64,000 nucleotides of DNA from Tubiluchus corallicola (GCA_030141605.1 JAQGDQ010000931.1:1-64000); one strand, 5' to 3'. Positions 48,543 through 62,281 are shown, counted from the first letter of the stretch. Notes: a model not told the origin generated them from the sequence alone. Program-made: numbers and translations.

Positions 48543-49874
48543 TAGAATGAAAGCTTACAGATCCAGAAATGAGTGAAAAAGGTTGTTAAATCTTGGTATC
48601 AAAAGCATTATGCCATAAAATTGCGATTACCTTTTCAAAAGAAATTCATTACATGGAGGATTACATTTGGTGAATTTATAGCCTGAATATTGCATGTTAC
48701 CAATGATCTGTCTTTTTATTAAGAATTTTTAGAATGTTGTTATGAAAAACAAAAAAAAAGATGTTGAGACTTACACCATTGTAACAATAACATTGTTCAT
48801 TGTTGTTTAGAACTTTCGATGTTATTGTAAACCAGTGCAGGACAAAGTTTCAATGCTGCTGCAATAATCAGATATGCAGAAAAACGTGCAGAAGTTTAGA
48901 CTACAATACTACTAGAAGCAAGTACTCTGCAAAGTTAATATTGCGTGGCAAAATACTGCAATACATTAGCATCTGGCTGTGAAATGTTCAGGTTTATAGC
49001 TTTTGCAGTTATGACTGAAAACCAATTGCAGATTAAAAATTTAAATCTCGGAACAAGGTTGCCTAAATATATATTAAAAAACAGGCACGCTGAGATGCTT
49101 GTTGCATGCCAGCAAAACAATAAAGAAACCAAATCAACCAGGTTACATCATGGTTTTACAAAATTATTCTATTTTACATACTCTAATAATATAAAAAGTC
49201 ATAAAACCGCATTACAGAAGTACACACAGGTCAGCAAATAACAGTGAAATGTACATTCGTTTGAAGTCAGCAAAAGTAACTATCGAACTAAGTAAGTGCA
49301 TGAGTGAATTGGCAAACAATTATATAAGTGAGTAAGTAAGTAGTTTACAAAACCTAATTAGTTATTTTATGAAAAGTAAGCCTTCATTCCTGTGACTTTA
49401 GCAATTTTATTACGATGACTTCTGACCATTTCACAAATTTGGTGAATCCATCTAGCCGTGAACTTTAATTTCCTATAATTATTACATAATTGTTTGCGAC
49501 ATTGCCTTCAGATGCCCTTTCGGTGACCCCAGATGGCCCAAAATTTATGACCTTGGTCATTCAGTTTGACATGCATTTTATGCAAATGTTAGTACACACC
49601 AAAAATCTAAGATGAATGACAAAATGTTTTGGCAAAATAAAGAAAATTAAGTCACTTGTCAACAACGTTCCATGTTTTAATGAATTATGACAAACCGCCT
49701 CAGCATAAGCTTTATTTGAAAATCTTACACCAGTTTGCAATATCTTACATATGTTTGCCTCATTTCCATGCCCTTTAAGTGACTCAGCTGGGCCAAGATG
49801 TGGCAGTGTTAAACCTATCTCGCCCTAAACTTTAATTTGATATATTACACAATATGTTTGAGAAATTCCTTATA

Positions 49875-50390
49875 GATGACCTTTAGGAGACACCAGGTGA
49901 GCCAACATTTATTAATGTCAACCCGCCTCACCCCAAGCTTTAATCTGGTATATTACTTGATACGATTGACACATTCCTTGTTGATGACCTTTGGGCCACC
50001 CTGGGTGGGGCAAAATTTGGCAGTGTCAAAAACTCTAGCATTACAATACTTTCTGTATGTTGCATCTGTTTGGCCTTAAAGTTGTCAAAGAATATGCACT
50101 GTATCTGTTTTGGCAGAAACGGTCCCTGTAGATGATGTTTAGGTGACCCCAGGTGAGCCAACATTTGTTAGTGTCAAATCTGCCTTACCCCAAGCTTTAA
50201 TTTGATATATTACTCGATAAAATTGAGACATTCCCCTGTTGATGATCTTTGGGTGGCCCCAGGTGGGCCTAAATTTTGCAGTGTCAAAATTCTAGCATTA
50301 CAATGTTTTCTGTATGTTGCATCTGTTTGGCTTTAAAACTGTCAAAGACTATGTACTTTTTCTTTGTTTTGGTATAAATGGTCATTTTTA
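49875..50390. repeat. Two diverged tandem copies of about 256 bp
   Basis: GATGA..TTTAGG.GAC.CCAGGTGAGCCAACATTT at 49875 and 50131. Confidence 0.8.
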
Positions 50391-50399
50391 CACCCTAGC

Positions 50400-50903
50400 A
50401 GAAGCCAAATTAACAGAAAGTGAATAAGAAAGCTGAGATGATTGATAGCCCAGATCAATATTCCAGAAGAGATACATTAGAACTAAGCGGAATCCCAGTG
50501 GCACGCTGTGAAAACACTAATTTGATTGTGTGCAATGTTGCTGCATATATGGGAGTTACGCTCCATGATGAAGATATTAGTACGTCTCAGAATACAACCA
50601 CCACGGAAGACAATAATTCCTAAACTACTGGTTAAGTTCTCACGTAGAGACATCCACGATGAATTTTATAGCAAAAGAAGAAAAGTTGGGAGTACTAAGG
50701 ACTTTACATGTGCCTCATATGGTGATAACAAAGTTTATATAAATGAATAGGCATTACCAGCTAACCAATGCACACTTTATCAGAAATGTTTGGAATTTCG
50801 TAGGGCCAACCATTATAAATTTCTATGGACTAGCTATGGCAAAATGGAAAATAGTCAAGCTGTTGTTATCAACTCGCAAAGAGATCTGGATGCTTTAAAA
50901 TAA
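50400..50903 (+). pseudogene. Degenerate LINE (CR1/L2-type) ORF1 fragment
   Basis: DQYSRRDTLELSGIP...EDIS, PKLLVKFSRRD...KVYINE, YKFLWTSYGK...VVINSQRDLDAL across frames, with stops. Confidence 0.8.
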
Positions 50904-51873
50904 ACAACACCTGTGATATTTACTGTGTAAGCTGATCATGATTAATTATGATAACAGATCATTTTCCTTGCTCATTTTGTCACAAAAACTGCAAAGGAAA
51001 CCAATGTTCTCTTAGGTGTGACGTATGTCACAAACAGTGTCACTTAAAGTGCATCTCCTCCTAGGGCTTTCGTTTTTTTCCAAATTTTTTTTCACAAGTA
51101 TTTGGGCACTGTGGCGTAGATGTGCACCTCGAGTTTTCAAAAAACTGGCAAGCTTTAAATGCCCGAGTGTGGAGCCAAAATGCAAAATTTGGGGACCCCA
51201 ATTTGTGACTTACATGCTAACAGCTAGGGACACAAAACTCACAGGGCACACTCTTTAGGCAAGGTTTATCTATGTATGCATGTGACCCGAGTTGCCGGGT
51301 CAAATGTCACAGAGCAGGCAGGTTTCCATTTATTTTTCTTTAGGGTCCACTTGCTCCTATAGTTTTTGAGCTAGGGTCACAATATTTGGTATGTGGGTAG
51401 GTGGGGTGAAGTTGTTGGATAAGGCAGAATATGGGTCAACTGGAGAGCGAAAATTTTCCTTGCCCACTTGACATTAGTTTGTCTGATGTCTGACCTTACC
51501 ATACAAAGTCATTTAATTTTAACTTGCAAAATGATTATCACCAGATTCGCCAAGTAATATGGCTGATACATTAATGTTAAGTAAATTTACAAACTTACAC
51601 AAGTTTTTTACAAACAGTAATTATTAAGCTAACGGACAATGTTTACAGTATCCAATATATTTATTAAAATGACTGTTCAGTGAGGAAATGATAATTATTT
51701 TGCAAGATTTTGCGTCATTATTTTGAGTAATGGGCATTTACAGTCAAAATGTCACAATACTAACAAATCTACTACTGTAACAAATAAACAAGACTTTCAG
51801 CTGAAAGACTTTACGCTCTACTGCAGTGAACTTTGACAAACTAACCTCGTCCTGGCTATGAACAGAAATTTAC

Positions 51874-51910
51874 TATAAATAGCCTACAGTGAGCAGCCAA
51901 GCTCACTTTA
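51874..51910 (+). promoter_or_regulatory. Putative TATA box + initiator of the ebony-like gene
   Basis: TATAAATA at 51874, 31 nt upstream of the A (51905) in TCACTT. Candidate 5'-UTR donor cag|gtagta at 52077/52078 and acceptor ttttgtag ending at 52766. Confidence 0.5.
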
Positions 51911-52788
51911 TGAGACTAGTGTGGCAAAGATACGTGGTGGTAAAGATTTGTTAAAATTTTTGATTGTTAAGACAATTCCATGTGATTTTTGTTTGTTTAT
52001 TTTTTGTGGCTGGAAGCAATTTGGTTTTGAAAACACAAATCAAGTGCAAACATTTTAAAAGATACATTTTGGTGCAGGTAGTAAAAGATACTAAAAGGCC
52101 TTAACATCACATTTTATACTAACAGTAAGGCTAAGGAGCAAACAAGCACAGGACTATATGACAGTAAAACTAAACGAATTCACAGGAAATATTTATACTA
52201 CCCACTTGAACTCAAGACTTTTTATCATGGGAAAAATGCACACTGTAGTTTATAACAAATGCTAAAAGTGACAAATTAATGCATGCGTCAAGCAATGGTC
52301 CATTTTCTGTTCCTGGAAGTTAAGCAGCTTTTGTTAAGGTCCTAAAAACATAGATGCAAGTAGATTTTTTACAAGCAAGCTACTTAATCACCCTGCATTA
52401 TGAGTTTAGCCAAGGTGATTCTAGAGCAAAAACAGTTTAAAAATAACTGGAAACAGAACGGTATATTGTATCCTATTCTTTAGTGTTTTCTGCAATAGCT
52501 GATAGGCGATTGTCTCCATCTGATTCTATCTGTAAGTGCACGTGATACTGTGTTATAAGTTATGTAACTAGTGTGCAGTGATGTTTTAGTTCAACAGACA
52601 AAAAATAAAAACTTTCGTAAGGCCTTTGATGGAGCTTAAAAAGAGTAAAAATCTAATAGTCTGAGTAGCAGCCAACAGATCATAGGCAAGAATTACATCA
52701 CAGTAATAAACATGATATATAGAACAACAAGTATTTTAATGAGTATCATATTTTATGCTTTTGTAGATCAAGTTCTCATGAAGACAAC

Positions 52789-55290
52789 ATGGCTGAAACA
52801 GCTTCTGTTGTTGAAGAAAGCATACTGGCAGGCAAAAATGAAAAAAATACAAGCCCTTACACGCTGCACCAGGTATTTGAAAGCAATTTGTGCAACTGTA
52901 GAGAAAAGGAAGGCTTACTTTTTGACGGAAAAAGGATAACCTTTTCAGAGATTAACAAACGTGCTAATCGACTCGCCAGACATCTACAAACAGTTTTATC
53001 GCCGGATGAAAAATATGATGAGAACACTGTCGCCAGTGACTATTCAAGTGAATGGGAAGAATGGCCAAAGTCCATTATTGCTGTAGATATGAATCCGAGC
53101 GATCACTTAATTATTACATTACTGGCCATTTTGAAAACAGGAGCAGCATATTTACCTGTTAATTCTTGTGATTCGCGAACAACATTCTTACTAAAATATT
53201 CTAAACCTGTATGTATAATCATAGATCACGAAAACAAAGTCCCAGAAAATGATGCGATTTGCAAGTCAAATATTCCTTGTCTAGCTTACCATACTCTCTT
53301 AAAGCAACCCTATCCGGAGGAAAATTTAGAAAATGTCTCAAACGGAGAGAACATAGCATGTGTATTATATACATCAGGAAGTACAGGTGAGCCAAAAGGA
53401 GTGTGCTTATCACATCGGTCAGTTTTAAACAGACTCACCTGGCAATGGCAAACTTTTCCTTATAAAAACCACGAGGTTGCAGCTTTCAAAGCACCAATCA
53501 CGTTTGTCGATCACATTTCAGAAATATTTGCTCCACTTCTTGTGGGAGTTCCACTGGTAGTTGTACCTAAAGGAACAGTTCGCAACCCTGCCAACCTGAT
53601 CAACTTATTAGAAGTCAGGCAGGTAACAAGACTCTTAGTCGTACCCACACTATTACGGAATATACTCATGTTTCTCAAACTAACAGCAAATTCAAAGCGG
53701 CTAAGAACAATTGATCTGTGGGTGTGCAGTGGGGAAGTGTTAACCACAAAATTAGCAAAAGATTTTTTTGAATATTTTCCTGAAGGGCAAGTGCTGTGCA
53801 ACTTCTATGGTAGCACAGAAACAATGGGGGATGTGACATATTCTACTTTCTCTTCAAAATCAGATGTAGATTCTAAAAGTGAACAAGGTCTGCTGTCCAT
53901 CGGGAAACCAATCAGTAATACTATTACTTACATACTAGATGAGAACAAAAAACTTGCACCAATTGGTGAACAAGGTGAAATAGTTGTAAGTGGTCAAAAT
54001 TTAGCAACAATGTATCTCAGTAAAAAATACCCAAATAGTGAATATGATGACAAAGAAAAGTTTGTCCTTAATTCTTTTAATAAAGAGCCTATGTTTGCAA
54101 GACTCTTTTTTACTGGTGATTTCGGATTCATCCATAATGGAGACCTAATTTTTTGTGGTCGGCGAGATTCTATTGTTAAACTTAGCGGTCATAGATTTTC
54201 AATGCAAGAAATTCAAAACACCCTAGAAACTGTTGATGGTGTAAGAGAAAGCACAGTAATATGTCTGAACGATGGAGCTTCCAAGCAGAAACTAGTTGCA
54301 TATTACATTCCCAACCCTATAACAAACACGACAGAAGACTTTGTGCACAAAGAGTTAGCAAGAAGTCTTCCCAAGATAATGATACCTGTCATCATTAAAA
54401 CAGACAAGTTTCGTTTGTTACAAAATGGAAAACTTGATACAAAAAAACTGGAAGAAATATATATTAACAAGAAAAGTGCACAATCCTCAAGTGATGTTCA
54501 AAATGATACTTCAGACACTGGTGCAAAGGAAGAAGATGAATTGCTTAACATAATTTGTGAAACTGTGAATATCAGTAGACTAAAAAGTTATATCAGTGCA
54601 AACTTCTTCGACATCGGAGGTGACTCATCAACTGCACTGGAAGTTTTGATCAAACTTCATGAGTTTGGTTATACTGTGCCCATCGATCGATTCCTTAAAG
54701 CAGTGTCGTTAAGAGAAATAGCTCAGGTGATGCATGCAATCAAGCAAGGCACTAGAATGTCTCTGAACAAAATGCTTGATTCAACATACCGATCTAAATG
54801 TCAATACGTACCACTGTGTGAAATCGAAAACAGGGCAGACTTGCTCAATGTCATAAGTGACTCGTTATCAAAAAAAGAAGCCATGAATAGCCTTGCCGGT
54901 GTGCCTTCGAGGGACTTATTTGACTTTGTCAACAGCGTGTGGGACGTAGCAGTAAAAGAAAGTATGTCATTTGCTATTAAGAATCCCGAAGGTCGGATTG
55001 TTGGCGGTTCTATTAACTTTGACTTTGATCAGCCTCCTGCAACTATGGTTGTCCCAGCAAGTATGGCAGCTAGTACTATAAGCGTGTTGTCAACAATGGA
55101 AAATAGAATTCGACCACAACTGAAAGGAACAGGCTATATTCTTTCCAACTTTTTAATAGCAACAGACATTTCACTGCCATACGAGGAGAATGTGCAACTG
55201 GCTATCATGTTGGAATCAGAAAATGTGAGACAAGCAGAAAAACTTGGTTTTGACATAGCACTTACCATCAACTCTCACAGAATTACAAAG
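52789..55290 (+). CDS. ebony: Ebony-like NRPS (beta-alanyl-amine synthetase), coding exon 1
   Basis: A domain (YTSGSTGEPKG, TFVDH, NFYGSTETMGDVT, TGDFG, NGKLD), T domain FFDIGGDS, AANAT-like C-terminal domain (SFAIKNPEGRIVGGSINFD, EENV...E). Donor AAG|gtatgc after 834 codons. Confidence 0.93.
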
Positions 55291-55796
55291 GTATGCACAA
55301 TTTTAAAATGTATAATACCACTCAACGGTATAGTAAACGTAATACTCTTAATTTGCTTTAATTCCTCAGACATTTTAGCATCGAGCTATCATAACCACTT
55401 ACACCCGAAATTAAAAAAATTCAGTGTAACAGGTGCACCATCCTGTTTTCATGTGCAAGCAAAATAATTATAACCAAAAGTTCCTCTCCGAAATCGTTTT
55501 TTACAAAACCAATGAATACAAAAGTAGTTTTTTAATTCCAAAGTAAGTTTCATTTACGATGACATTTCATTTATGGGACAGAAAATTTGAAATACGAGTG
55601 TAAGAATCTGCACAATAGAGCAAGCATTACCTCGGCAAATTTCAGAACTTGAATACATTAATGCATATCCACAGCTCACCATTCTGACATACTTTAAAAT
55701 AAATCTCTCTTTAAACAAAAAAGTAAATATTTTTGCAAAAAAGAAAATCTGAAGAAAAAATGTCAGCAAGTCTAATTATTCATTTTTTTTCTACAG

Positions 55797-55943
55797 CTGA
55801 TATGCCGTGATCTGCTAAACTACACTATACCTTTTGTTTACTACTACAAGGATCATGAACACAGTGATGGGACAAAGCCGTACAGTCATACACCTGATGA
55901 TACAAATGCTTGGATGATGGTCAAATATCTTCATAAAGATTAA
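55797..55943 (+). CDS. ebony: Ebony-like NRPS, coding exon 2 (terminal)
   Basis: ttttctacag|LICRDLLNYTIPFVYYYKDHEHSDGTKPYSHTPDDTNAWMMVKYLHKD*; matches the Ebony tail (HSDGSRPF...PD); total 882 aa. Confidence 0.9.
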   Translation: MICRDLLNYTIPFVYYYKDHEHSDGTKPYSHTPDDTNAWMMVKYLHKD

Positions 55944-57703
55944 ATGAAGCCCTGCTTGGCTTGCACTTCTTGGCTGGCTTTTTTAAGCAGCAACGTTTTC
56001 TTTTGTAATTTTTGTGATACTGCTTAGCAGTTTGTCTAAAATTTTGGGTAGTTCTCATCTGTGAATTTTGATGGTGTGTGTCTTTGTAAGCCTAATAATT
56101 GATATGTCACTGTGTTCCAGATGAAATATATGAAAACGCCTTAATTTTGGCCCAATCTTCAACATTTATTCACCCGTTGTGAAAATTTTTGTAAAAATTG
56201 TCTTATCGATTGGAAATTAAAATAATACTAGTAAACGTTTTTGAACCTGTGATAAGATCCTACTTCTGTGACAGGCTTTGTTTCATGTTTACAAATAAAA
56301 AATATTTTTAATATAATTAACATTATGTACATAGTGTGCTTTGCATTAATAATTTAAATGAAATCAGAAGATGTCACTTTTTAACTGGGTCAGTCAAATG
56401 AAAGTGAAGTTGACAGCACAAATTCCACGATCATAGCCCCACCCACTTACAATATTGATAACTATGACACGACACGATTCACCCACCCATTCACTCAAAC
56501 GACGCGGTTCAGAGCTTTTCATATTTTTTTTCACACAGCATGGCTTCATAAATCCAATGTTGTAGGTTTGTTCCAATAATTAGTCGTATCAATAGGTAAT
56601 CTTAAAGTTAAAATTATATAAATTATTTACATATGTTTGCTCAATGCAGCATTTAGCTCAGCAGCTTTAGTAATTATAGGTGCTTAAGATACTGGACAAA
56701 CTGATTTCACCTACACATGCCGGCTGGTACAAATGCATTAACTATCCTGTGAAAGAGAGATTCATGATAAAACATTTATTTGCTGTCAGTCATACAGTAG
56801 AAGAGTGTTCCTCATTTCACAGTGGCGTCTCCCTGCACAGAGCCTACATACTTCACTATGATACGTAAAGATACAGTAAACATAGCAGTATCCTTTTTTT
56901 ACTATGAAGTCAAACAATTGTCAGAGTTAGAGAGTTGCATAGGGGCTACTAACTAAGAAGCATTATCTGATCGGGCAACACTTAGACAGGAAAAGTAATA
57001 ATAGCAGTACTGTGAGACAATAGTAACACAAAATATTTTTTGTAAATTGTTCCAACATTATTGCAAGTACACACCACCAGAAACGTGTAATCTGTAGTCT
57101 GTATATGCCATGAAATCAAGCATTCAATTTAAACGACTTAAAAGACATTTTAACAAAACAGCACCATGCAGCTTAGGTTAATAAAATCTCAATAAACAGT
57201 TATCATGAAATTTAGGCAACAAATAACTTGATAAATGGCTAGTTTTTCTTCAAGTGCCTGAAAAATCTAAAATAAATGTTGCTTTTCAAACAGTTCGGGG
57301 ATGGGATTGGGGTCGGGATGGGATGAGAAGTTTGGGATGAGATTGAATTTTTGGGAACGGGTTTGGGATTTGAAGAAAGTTTGTGATCGAGGTTCGGGGA
57401 TCAGGATCATAATGAATCTGATCTCGAAAACCCCTAGTTTTGATATGTTTAAAGCTATTTTCTAATAAAATGTGGGTCATTATAGAAAACAACAATGTAT
57501 TGGTCATAAAAGTTGCAAACTGGACTTCCTTGGTGTTAATCACATCTGGCCTTGACCTGCACACTGGAACGCAATAACTCATTTCTTTATTGACAATATT
57601 TGCATGACAAAAAATATTTGAAATACATAAACTCCTAAGTGAAGAGAAATAAAATGTTAAGAAATGTGGATGTAGACATTTTACTTGTAACTTCAGTACT
57701 TAC

Positions 57704-57802
57704 CTGAAGTAAAAACCCATCTCATATTATCCTGCTTAACCATTCCCATCATGGGTAGCATTGTTCCTAGTATGGCTGTCAGAAATGGTACAACACCATA
57801 CA
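57704..57802 (-). CDS. MROH1: MROH1, coding exon 5
   Basis: ttccag|(V)YGVVPFLTAILGTMLPMMGMVKQDNMRWVFTS|gtaagt; 99 nt, phase 1-1. Confidence 0.93.
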
Positions 57803-58282
57803 CTGGAAAAAATGTGAAAAAATTATGCAAAGTAATTTCTCTGGTGCAATAAAAGTAGAAAACTTAAAAGAGGCCAATAACCTAATTAAATTACTCAGTC
57901 GTGGATGAGTTGAATCCTTGCTGACGAGTTGGTACTTGCCAATAGCTGGATGCTATACATGCTGCAAACCAATGGACAGCTGCATGTAGACACATCTTTA
58001 GCACAAATGGGTAGGGTTAAATGGAGTATTCTAAGTACGGAAGAAGCACTAGAAGCAGTACTTTGCTGCACAATGTAAATGTAGCAAAAGCATTGCGATC
58101 AATTTACGTATAGGACTGATTTAGCTTTGGTAATCTTTGTCTCAGAAAATTACTTTTGACTCGAAGTAAACTTTTTAAAGTTATACGCTATGGGAATGAC
58201 TACACAAACAGTAGAACTTACTCATTAAATTAATACAATTCATTAATCAGATAATTAACTACTTAAGTAATGCATATTATAC

Positions 58283-58445
58283 CATTAGCTGTAGCCAAGT
58301 TTCCAAGCGTCTGTACAGTAAAGAAGTGAGGTAAGACACCTGGTTGAAATTTTGTCAACAACTCCTCCATAACTTCGTTACAGAATCTGCAACCGAGAGC
58401 AACCAGCACTCCACTTGCAACAGTCTGCCATTCTGGAATTACATC
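58283..58445 (-). CDS. MROH1: MROH1, coding exon 4
   Basis: tctcaag|DVIPEWQTVASGVLVALGCRFCNEVMEELLTKFQPGVLPHFFTVQTLGNLATAN|gtataa; 163 nt, phase 0-1. Confidence 0.94.
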
Positions 58446-59059
58446 CTTGAGAAAACAGAAATTTATAAGATAAAATCAAGCATTTACTATTCATTCGACG
58501 ATGTAGCCAAAAGGTAATTTCTGTGAAGCTAAAGGTAATAAAGGCAGTAGGCAAGAGACAAAAAGGTAATACTGAGACACTCAAACAATAGTATCACAAA
58601 ACTAAAAAAGACAATGGCAAAAAGTAACAGCAAAAAAAAGCATAACCAAAAACAATAGATAAAACACTTACAACACATTTCTCTAAATGCACTGGTAAAT
58701 TAAGTAAAAAAAGGTTATATAAAAACTGCATATATCGAATTTGTTTAAGCAAAAAAGAAATTCAGTAGTAAGATATAGTTGTCCTGCCAATGTTACCTCA
58801 TCAATGGAAGTCTATATTTACAGGTAATACAGAGATGCATAATTTTAGAGCTACAGGTACATATACAACTTTTTTTAAAAATTAACCTTTATGACATTTT
58901 ATGCACTGCCCCAAATTTATCCTTTTTGTATTGTTTGCATAAGTTACAAAATCCTAGACATCAAATTATCCAATGACGCATTAAAATTTACCATATCAGC
59001 TGCAAATATTTATTCTTGTAGTTAACTGACAAATTAACAAGATTCTTCATAACACAAAC

Positions 59060-59191
59060 CTTGGAATGTGTCATTTCAGCAGAAGCCAAATGAATTACAT
59101 CTACAGCTAGTGGTTTCTTGATGGTATCCAGACAATCCTTACAAACACTGTTCATAACAGACAAAATAACAGTGCGGTGACCTTGATGTAG
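59060..59191 (-). CDS. MROH1: MROH1, coding exon 3
   Basis: tttcag|LHQGHRTVILSVMNSVCKDCLDTIKKPLAVDVIHLASAEMTHSK|gtttgt; 132 nt, phase 0-0. Confidence 0.92.
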
Positions 59192-61703
59192 CTGAAAAAA
59201 ACAAGAGAATCCACTTCTATGAAAACGAATCAGGTACTAGCTTAACTAAATCAATTTTGGCAGTATATACATTGTGCAGTCTTCTAAGACTACTGAAATG
59301 GTAAAAAAGATTGACTGGAAAAGGAAAGGATCTAGATCCAGGTTGCTTCGTGGGTAACACACGATCACAGGCTCAGAGCTGATGATATGTTGAAAACATC
59401 ATTCTATGGCACCTAATGCTTTCAGCATCAACAAGTTCAAAGATCTGTATTAATGGCAAGGATAACTATGTAGCATAAAAACTTTTCTTAGCACCACAAA
59501 AAACATTTCTTTCTACAAAGAGTAGTTTTCAGTCTTTGGCTCTACAGAAATTGCTGAAACGCATTGTCATAATGCAGAGTTTAGATTCACAATAAGTGAC
59601 AGTTTCAGAATCCCAAAAATGTAGCGAATCTGGAAATCTTGACCTGGTCCTGTCCCTGGCATCACTATAAGAAGGTTTATCTTACAGGATCTTCTAATTA
59701 TAAATTCAAACAACTTCAGTACATGCATAATGTAGATTACAAATTTAAACTGGTTCTTTTGCAATTTAAATCTAAATCTATTGTAATATAATACTGTATC
59801 TAAAATTATAGCCTTATATGATAAATGACATGTAGTTTTTGCGACCTCTAAGTACCATGTGAACATCAAAGACAGAAAAACTTGTGTGAACTTAATCCAG
59901 ATATCTAAACTATTAAAAGATATTGAAAGATAGAAAAAATGTTTTCAGTGCAAAATTACAATTATAAAATTTTATATAAAAATGCAAGATGTACACACAT
60001 TGCGATTGTATGTCATGCAATAACAGGAGTAGTCTACCTCACACGTCTATTGCTTAGCATCTATAAAACTAAATAAACTGTTATATACATGTACATCTAT
60101 ACCTACCAGAAATATAGGACATTATTCTAAAAAAATATAGGACATTTTTTGAAAAAAATATAGGAATCATAGGACATTTTTCCTTAAAAACGAAAGTTTC
60201 TAACCTTACAGTACAGCGATTTTCACAATTTTTTGCAAAAGTAAATGGTTTTTCCTACCTGTAACAGGAGAGCATTCTTTGGTTGAAGTTGGCATTGTCA
60301 TTGAGCGGCTTATGCACTTCTGGGTATGCTCTTTCGCCACCTGGAATTATTCAAAATTACATTTTACAAAAACAACATGAGCAGGAAGAGCCCTTACGGA
60401 AATGATGCACAATGTCTAGCACAAACGAACTAACATTGGTTAAAGAACATGATAATATATGTAATATCTAGAAATTGAAGAATTTAAATGAAAGGAATGA
60501 ATGTCTAATCGCAAAACACGGATTGGAAATTGCCAAAAGTTCGAAAATTCTCTGATATTTTAAAATTTTAGAATATTCATACATAAAAAACTTTGTACTA
60601 ACCATTCAGGATCTTCGAGTCTCGTGTTCACATGTCGTTAGAGCATACACCAGAACCATCAACCACGCAATGAGAATACCAACCTCTGTAAAAACATACA
60701 TACTTCGCGACAGACAACTGTTATTTACATTCACTAAAATGCCCAAATCATGAAGATGTCTAATGGTGGTTATGCGTGCCAAAGGAGCGCGAAAAATACC
60801 AATAACATTTTCATTTCATTGAGAATTAATGATTTTATAGGAATTACAAGACGTTTTCAAAAAATATAGGAATTATAGGACAAGTACGAGCCCTGTACCT
60901 AAATCTCGTTTCAGTTCTAAAATAAAAACGATTTCTTCCAGTTACTGTTGCTTTACATTTTTATTTGTGTAACCGGACCATACTATAGTACTTCAGAAAT
61001 TACACACATTGTGACGAAAAAGTGGTAACATGGCATCAGTGACGTAACACATGAAGCTGAACTGACTGTATGCTAGCTTCCACTTCCTTCATGTGAAAAC
61101 TCTACAATGTCTGTCATAAACTAAATCGAAAAAGAACAGACACACTTCCTGTAACTGCCAGCATGACTGTGCATAGCAAGAAAGAACAAATTCCTATGAG
61201 TACAATTAGGCAATAAAATAGCTACTTACAGTGTGCTTCATAGTAAAACTTGGAGCAATCAACGTAAACAAAACGTGCTGTTTTGCTCAAATAGTGGAAC
61301 TTATTTAGTGAGAGCTAAACTCCGAAGAGGAGGCATAGACACACTATAGTATATGCAATTATTTAACAGCATTAAACAAATCAGCCACTGAAACTTCAGT
61401 TCAGTTCAAACAATTAAAGATCACTTCGACATAATTTAGACTTCAGTGGTAGCAATACATTCTGTTTTTATAAAAGGGAGCTGTCCAGGAGCAAGGCAAC
61501 CATTTATGAAATGCTTACGATGAATCAGGAAAGCTGGTGGTCTGTTAAATTTACAGTTCGTTAACTTTTGCACCAAGAGAAAAGTAGTACACACTTCTGA
61601 ACTTTTGACTGTGTAATTCGGAAACAGTAGTTTTGATTATGCCCTACAATGACCCTATATATTTTTAGGAAGAGCACACACAGTTAGGAAATATCTTAGT
61701 TAC

Positions 61704-61849
61704 CTTTGCATGTCGATGCAGATAGGAATGACAAGCAGAAAGTACCATCAAAGGCTGCTTCTTCCCAACCTCATGTAGGGAATGACACATTACAGATCGA
61801 ACACCTTCGTTCTTGTCATATGCTGCATCAATTAGTGCTCCAGTTATTG
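61704..61849 (-). CDS. MROH1: MROH1, coding exon 2
   Basis: cttacag|(A)ITGALIDAAYDKNEGVRSVMCHSLHEVGKKQPLMVLSACHSYLHRHAK|gtaact; 146 nt, phase 1-0. Confidence 0.92.
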
Positions 61850-62226
61850 CTGTAAGAGAAATTACAAATACATTACTGCAAGCAAATATTATGCTCATTA
61901 AATCTGTAATAACCAGAATAGGTATCCTCAGGCTTAAATGCAGTCTAACAGTTCTTTTTTCATTCAATTATAGAGTCTGATCAATGGCAACATTCACCCG
62001 CTAAGAACTCTCTCATTCCAAATAACGCAAAAATAACAATATAGTGTGGAATAAAGTATAGGATGTCAGTTTGATGAAATATTAATAAAAGTATAAGGCG
62101 GAATAGTGTTAAAAGTTGCAGTTGTATGAATGTTAATACTGCAAGCGCAAGTATCAAACTGATTCTGTACACTGCACACCGTGATATTGATAGCGATCAC
62201 AGTTAAGTTGCAACTAGTTAGCTTAC

Positions 62227-62281
62227 CATCAATCTGACCTCCGGTCGAGAAGACAGTTTCATTTGGTAATGGCATAATCAT
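62227..62281 (-). CDS. MROH1: MROH1, probable first coding exon
   Basis: MIMPLPNETVFSTGGQID|gtaagc; phase 1 fits exon 2. The start could be the second ATG (62275). Confidence 0.7.

Noticed and set aside
55291-55467. C-terminal 58 aa of the 892-aa ORF as part of the NRPS
   Set aside because: Intron read-through; Ebony homology resumes at 55797 after a canonical GT-AG intron.
52789-55943. Bacterial contamination or recent HGT origin of the NRPS
   Set aside because: Spliceosomal intron, host-like AT content, position inside a host intron and Ebony-specific motifs fit a native animal gene.
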